From assembly GCA_026418295.1 (NCBI GenBank), contig JAOABP010000001.1, positions 96,094-160,093 on the forward strand: a DNA stretch of 64,000 nucleotides. The letters are read 5' to 3'. Shown here piece by piece: positions 59,899-64,000 of the stretch; the first letter of the stretch is position 1, and each line of letters begins with the position of its first letter. The translations under genes and the position numbers were made by a program. Origin of the DNA: a candidate division WOR-3 bacterium. Its GTDB lineage: Bacteria > Hydrothermota > Tepidihabitantia > Tepidihabitantales > Tepidihabitantaceae. The notes beneath the pieces are model-generated. The model searched no databases, was not told the origin of the DNA, and saw nothing but the letters and a program-made list of their open reading frames with translations.

Positions 59899-61680
59899 TT
59901 AATGGACTACGCTGAAGGGAATGGTCAGCACCTCGCCGTTGGCTTCTGCTCTGATGAAGTAAACACCGGGAACGAGTCCGGCAGCATCAAATCGCAATGA
60001 ATGTCTGCCCGCACCGGTTTCGCCATTATAGATGGTGGTAACCAGCCGGCCGCTCCGGTCAAAGAGCTGCACGGTGAGGCGTGCCGGGTTTTCAACTGTG
60101 TAGTGGAGCCAGCCGGTCCGGTTGAGCGGGTTTGGGGTCACATTAAGGATATTTTCCTCCATAATCAGCCGGCGCTGTTCAGCAATTCCGGTCCAGTCGG
60201 TCCGGTCAAAATAGGCTGCCCGGTACTGCGGTGCATTCCAGGTGAGATAAAGCACACCATAGGCGTTGCCGCCGAGATACTCAATTGCCGGATGGTTCCA
60301 GTAGGGTTCGTGGTCCGCGACCGAAACCGGAGTGCTCCAGATACCGCTGTAGCGCCGCCAGACATACCTGAGCTCCCGCGGGTTGGAGTAGTAGCGGTAG
60401 ATAATCGCCGAGCCACCTCCTTCGCGTAATGCGACATCCGGTGATTCGGAGCGTATCGTTGAGTCGCCGCCCACATGGAGGTAGTACCAGGTTGAGCCCG
60501 GATTGCCACCCTGGTAGTTAACAAGATAGCGGACATGGTCGACAACAGCACCCGGGTACACGAAGGCACAGAGCACCGTATCACGCCAGGCACCGATTGC
60601 GGTATTGCAACTAGCCGCTGCCGGGTCGCTCGGATAGGAAATGAATGTCCGCCAGCCGGTTCCACGCCGGCCCACGATTTTAACATTGTTGTCAGTGGCA
60701 ACATAGGAACACCAGATGAAGGTGCTGTCATAACCTTCGTTGCAGGTGGCGTCAATACCGTGCCGGGCGTCGGTAATTCCAGGGTCTGGTGTTGAATCCC
60801 AGGAAACCGCTGAGGTGTCATCCCAGTAGTAACGGATTTTGCCGGAATAAAGCAGTGGCAGGATGTACAGCCGGTTGTCATAAAAGTCCTGATTTGCACA
60901 GATGGCGATCTGAAAGATGGAATCGGCACCTGAATACTCGGCAACGTTCACAAAATTCTGCCCGCCCTGAAAGAGGTGCTCGGCACCATTACTGGCGTAA
61001 CAGCGGCGCAGCCGGAGAATACTGTGGTTAGGTGCATGTTCATAGGTGACATAGCAGTCTGCACCCAGAACCGCAGCATTCACCGCCAGGACCGGAAATA
61101 CTGCCCACCAGGTAAAAGTTTCGGACCAGCTTGTGCCGCCATTGGTAGAAATATTCATTGACCAGCACCAGGTTCCTCCTTCGGTATATGCCAGCACCGC
61201 AAGCAGGTTGCCGGATGCCCGATGGATGTCCAGCTGGATGCAGTAGATTGAATCCCGGTTTCCAACCCGGACATCATTACCCCAGTCGGTGCCGACCGTC
61301 GGAATCGGCTCCCTCCAGGAACAGCCAATCGAAATGAACTGAGGATTTACCAGTCGGGAAAGCTCCTCAAACAGGTTAAGCGCATGCTCAAAATTGCCGT
61401 TATTCCAGGTTTCCTGAATCAGCCGGGCTAATGCCAGTGCCTCATTGGAGGCAGCTGCGGGCAGTTCGACACTGATACAGGCATTGGTTCGTTCCGCAGC
61501 TGTCAGCCGGGCAAGCCTGCGCCAGGCGGGTACCGGTACTGCAGGTTGTCCGGTGATATCCTGACGGGCATCTGAGAGATCAGCGGTGTGTTCCCCAGCG
61601 ACCGGGAATACCACCGGCAGCTCCTGCGCAGCAGCAATCGTTGCGATCAGGAGCACCGCGATCAGTTTCATGGGTTTCAT
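59899..61680 (-). CDS. Secreted beta-rich (propeller-like) protein with T9SS-type CTD
   Basis: SD AGGAG + ATG 61680, signal peptide; STNGGTSW Asp-box; CTD VTPNP...LFDRSGRLV...GVYFIR. Confidence 0.7.
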   Translation of the reverse strand: MKPMKLIAVLLIATIAAAQELPVVFPVAGEHTADLSDARQDITGQPAVPVPAWRRLARLTAAERTNACISVELPAAASNEALALARLIQETWNNGNFEHALNLFEELSRLVNPQFISIGCSWREPIPTVGTDWGNDVRVGNRDSIYCIQLDIHRASGNLLAVLAYTEGGTWCWSMNISTNGGTSWSETFTWWAVFPVLAVNAAVLGADCYVTYEHAPNHSILRLRRCYASNGAEHLFQGGQNFVNVAEYSGADSIFQIAICANQDFYDNRLYILPLLYSGKIRYYWDDTSAVSWDSTPDPGITDARHGIDATCNEGYDSTFIWCSYVATDNNVKIVGRRGTGWRTFISYPSDPAAASCNTAIGAWRDTVLCAFVYPGAVVDHVRYLVNYQGGNPGSTWYYLHVGGDSTIRSESPDVALREGGGSAIIYRYYSNPRELRYVWRRYSGIWSTPVSVADHEPYWNHPAIEYLGGNAYGVLYLTWNAPQYRAAYFDRTDWTGIAEQRRLIMEENILNVTPNPLNRTGWLHYTVENPARLTVQLFDRSGRLVTTIYNGETGAGRHSLRFDAAGLVPGVYFIRAEANGEVLTIPFSVVH

Positions 61681-61809
61681 ATGACTCTCCTTTTTAAGGG
61701 TTCCGGCATCTTCATCTCCTCTCGCCCAATTATAACCATAAGACAATATTTGTCAATAGGTTTTATCCGCCCGGCAGCTCACAGAATCCGGAGCTGGTCG
61801 TGGTGATGA

Positions 61810-62955
61810 TCAGACGATTCTGATCCGGTGCCGGGGCAGATTTCTGCCCTTCCAGCTGTTTTTCCCAATGATAGTGAGCAGGATTGAGGCAAATCCAATC
61901 AGGCTGGCATTGAGGATGATCAGCGGATGGAGCAGGAGAAGGTGGTGCGGCAGCCGGAAGCGGAAGGAGATTATGAGCCAGCAGGCGAGCTGAAGGATGA
62001 CGGTCAGCAGGGCGCACCAGAAGTTGAAATCAAACTGTGCCCGGGTGAGGGTATAAAGCGGGTGAAAGGTGATGACGAGCAGCCAGCTCCAGACAAAGAC
62101 CGCCGGCAGGAGCCGGTAGTCGAAGAGGGCAAAGAAATTTTTGGTAAAGCCGTGCCAGGCATCCTGCCAGCCCTGATACATCCGGGTGGTGACCAGCGGA
62201 GTGAGGTCAGCAAACCGCCAGTTCAGTCCGAGCCGTTTCACCTTCCGGGCGAGCGCCAGGTCCTCAGCCGCCTCGCCTCTTACCGCCTGATGACCGCCGA
62301 GCTGCCAGTAAGCGGTACGGGTGAAGAGCAGAAACTTGCCACTGGCACCGGCGAACGCCTGGGAGCGGCGCCACCGGTAGGCAACGAGCAGGGGGAGGAT
62401 GGTGATGATTGACCAGATGACAAAGGGGACGGTCAGCTGTTCACCGAAGGTCCGGACCTGATTGTGAACGATGCCGGTCAGGAGGTCCAGCCGGTAATGC
62501 TGCTGGAGAGCAACCGCCCGGCTCAGGGCGTCAGGGGCAAAGACGGTGTCGGCATCGGTGAAAAGCAGCAGGGCGCCGGTGGCGTGACCTGCCAGCTGGT
62601 GGCATGCCCAGTTTTTGCCGGTCCAGCCCGCGGGCAGGGGCTGTCCGGCAGTGAGCCGGAGCCGGGGTGAGGAGAAACTCTGCAGAATTTCAGCCGTGCG
62701 GTCCTGAGAGCGGTCATCCAGAACCAGAACCTCGTAATCCGGATAATCCTGAGCGAGCAGTGATGCGACACAGGGTCCGATCGTCGCCTCCTCGTTTCTT
62801 GCCGGAATCAGAACCGAGACCCTGGGGAAGGAGGACCGCCCGTTTTTTTCTGTCCGCCGGCGGAGCAGGAGGAGGTTGGTGATTGTGATCAGAAACTGGA
62901 CGAAGACAAAGAGCAGGATCCGGGCGGAGTCGACAAACAGGGTAAACGGTTTCAC
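61810..62955 (-). CDS. Family 2 glycosyltransferase (CruC/CrtQ-like)
   Basis: VSVLIPARNEE, DDRSQD, GWTGKNWAC, FTDADT, AEDLALA, TRMY....AW.GFTKN. Confidence 0.85.
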   Translation of the reverse strand: MKPFTLFVDSARILLFVFVQFLITITNLLLLRRRTEKNGRSSFPRVSVLIPARNEEATIGPCVASLLAQDYPDYEVLVLDDRSQDRTAEILQSFSSPRLRLTAGQPLPAGWTGKNWACHQLAGHATGALLLFTDADTVFAPDALSRAVALQQHYRLDLLTGIVHNQVRTFGEQLTVPFVIWSIITILPLLVAYRWRRSQAFAGASGKFLLFTRTAYWQLGGHQAVRGEAAEDLALARKVKRLGLNWRFADLTPLVTTRMYQGWQDAWHGFTKNFFALFDYRLLPAVFVWSWLLVITFHPLYTLTRAQFDFNFWCALLTVILQLACWLIISFRFRLPHHLLLLHPLIILNASLIGFASILLTIIGKNSWKGRNLPRHRIRIV

Positions 62956-63518
62956 CGGCGCAGCTCCCGGCGGTGCTGACAGATGACGAGCACCGCATTA
63001 CCCAGTGCGGCGGCAAAAAGCGGCAGGGAGCGGTACCGGAGTCCGACAAAGACCGGCAGACAGAGCATCGTCAGGGCGACACACCAGGCGTCCCGCTTCA
63101 GGCGCAGGATGAATTTGGTCAGAATCAGCAGGGCGCCGAGAAATACCGGAACCTGATAGAGGGTTATCCCGGACCAGACCCCGAAGGTGACCGCCAGCCC
63201 CTTGCCGCCCCGCAGGCGGAGAAACGGCGAGAAGGCATGGCCGAGCACCGGCGCGAGAATCAGAAGGAAAAGAAGGATACCGGAGATGTGGAAATGCCAG
63301 AAGCCGAGCCCGGCCGGGATCATGCCCTTGAGAAAGTCAAGGAGCAGTCCCAGGATGCCGATCACCGGACCGGCGGCGCGGAAGGCGTTGACCGCACCCG
63401 GGTTGCCGTCGCCGATCTGGCGCAGATCCCTGCCCCGGAGCCGTGCCAGCCACCAGGAGAACATCAGCGCTCCGCTGAAAAAAGCGGCAGGAACAAGGAG
63501 CAGGCCGGTCCAGTTCAT
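62952..63518 (-). CDS. PlsY-family acyltransferase
   Basis: DLRQIGDGNPGAVN, DFLKG, GHAFSPFL..RGGKGLA. Confidence 0.85.
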   Translation of the reverse strand: MNWTGLLLVPAAFFSGALMFSWWLARLRGRDLRQIGDGNPGAVNAFRAAGPVIGILGLLLDFLKGMIPAGLGFWHFHISGILLFLLILAPVLGHAFSPFLRLRGGKGLAVTFGVWSGITLYQVPVFLGALLILTKFILRLKRDAWCVALTMLCLPVFVGLRYRSLPLFAAALGNAVLVICQHRRELRR

Positions 63519-64000
63519 TCCGCGGACTCCGGGTTCAGCCTGAGCCGGTAGCCGGAATAGGTCTCGCGGACCTCAATCCGGCGGTGCATCAGGGTCCGGA
63601 TCAGCCTCAGGCTCAGCTCCATTTCCAGTTTGAACTCCACCGGCAGCCAGAAGCGCTCAATCAGGTCATACCTCAAAACCATCCGGGCGCGGTCAACGAC
63701 CCGGGGCAGTTCTGCCGGCACAAACTCCAGTTTTACCGGCTCCCAGCTTCCGGGCAGAAAGTAGCCGGTGCCGGTGATGTGGCGCCGGTCCGGCTCTTTC
63801 GGCGTGAACCGGACTGCGCGCAGTGTCTCGCAGCCGGCTGTTACCGCTCCGGCATCAGTATAAAGATAGAAATCCCGGTTTTCCAGCAGAAACGGCAGCC
63901 GGGTCTGGCGGGCAAACATCCCTTTCTGGCGCAGACTGCTGAGTACCCGGTTCCGCTGCCGTTCCTGAACCGGCTGGCGGTTGACCGCAACACTCAGAAA
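63515..64000 (-). CDS. Hypothetical protein, 5' end outside the window
   Basis: Frame is open to base 64000; beta-strand-rich C-terminus (FWLPVEF...ETYSGY); overlaps the PlsY-like start. Confidence 0.6.
   Translation of the reverse strand, partial: FLSVAVNRQPVQERQRNRVLSSLRQKGMFARQTRLPFLLENRDFYLYTDAGAVTAGCETLRAVRFTPKEPDRRHITGTGYFLPGSWEPVKLEFVPAELPRVVDRARMVLRYDLIERFWLPVEFKLEMELSLRLIRTLMHRRIEVRETYSGYRLRLNPESAE

Overview
Gene-dense bacterial chromosomal window in genetic code 11, probably from an anaerobic diderm of the FCB group. It is WOR-3-like by inference from the T9SS/FlgD-type C-terminal sorting domains and a Kelch-repeat CTD protein. Bases 1-4814 are the tail/baseplate end of a contractile-tailed prophage. 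It terminates in ...CCGCAACA with three subterminal 24-25-bp repeats and sits inside a TonB-dependent receptor gene, so it is probably a transposable (Mu-like) prophage. The host part carries tRNA-Asp, glyQ, clpB and a tightly coupled radC-UvrD/PD-(D/E)XK-Mod-Res defence operon. It also has a GxxExxY gene, an ECF sigma/anti-sigma/Spy-CpxP locus with a recurring promoter motif, ftcD, uvrA, zapB-zapA-6S RNA-rny-ymdB, an Rrf2-ferredoxin-hcp operon, ilvE-rpiB, tRNA-Met, xerC and a PlsY-like/GT2 pair. The most striking hidden signal is a secreted BNR beta-propeller gene (56632-58854) split only by one in-frame UGA followed by a stem-loop, a candidate novel selenoprotein or programmed readthrough. 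Other notable signals are a secreted fibre plus CTD partner gene pair, a CCA-less tRNA abutting a start codon, several apparently leaderless genes and strong CCGG over-representation. All product calls come from motif recognition by eye, not from database searches.
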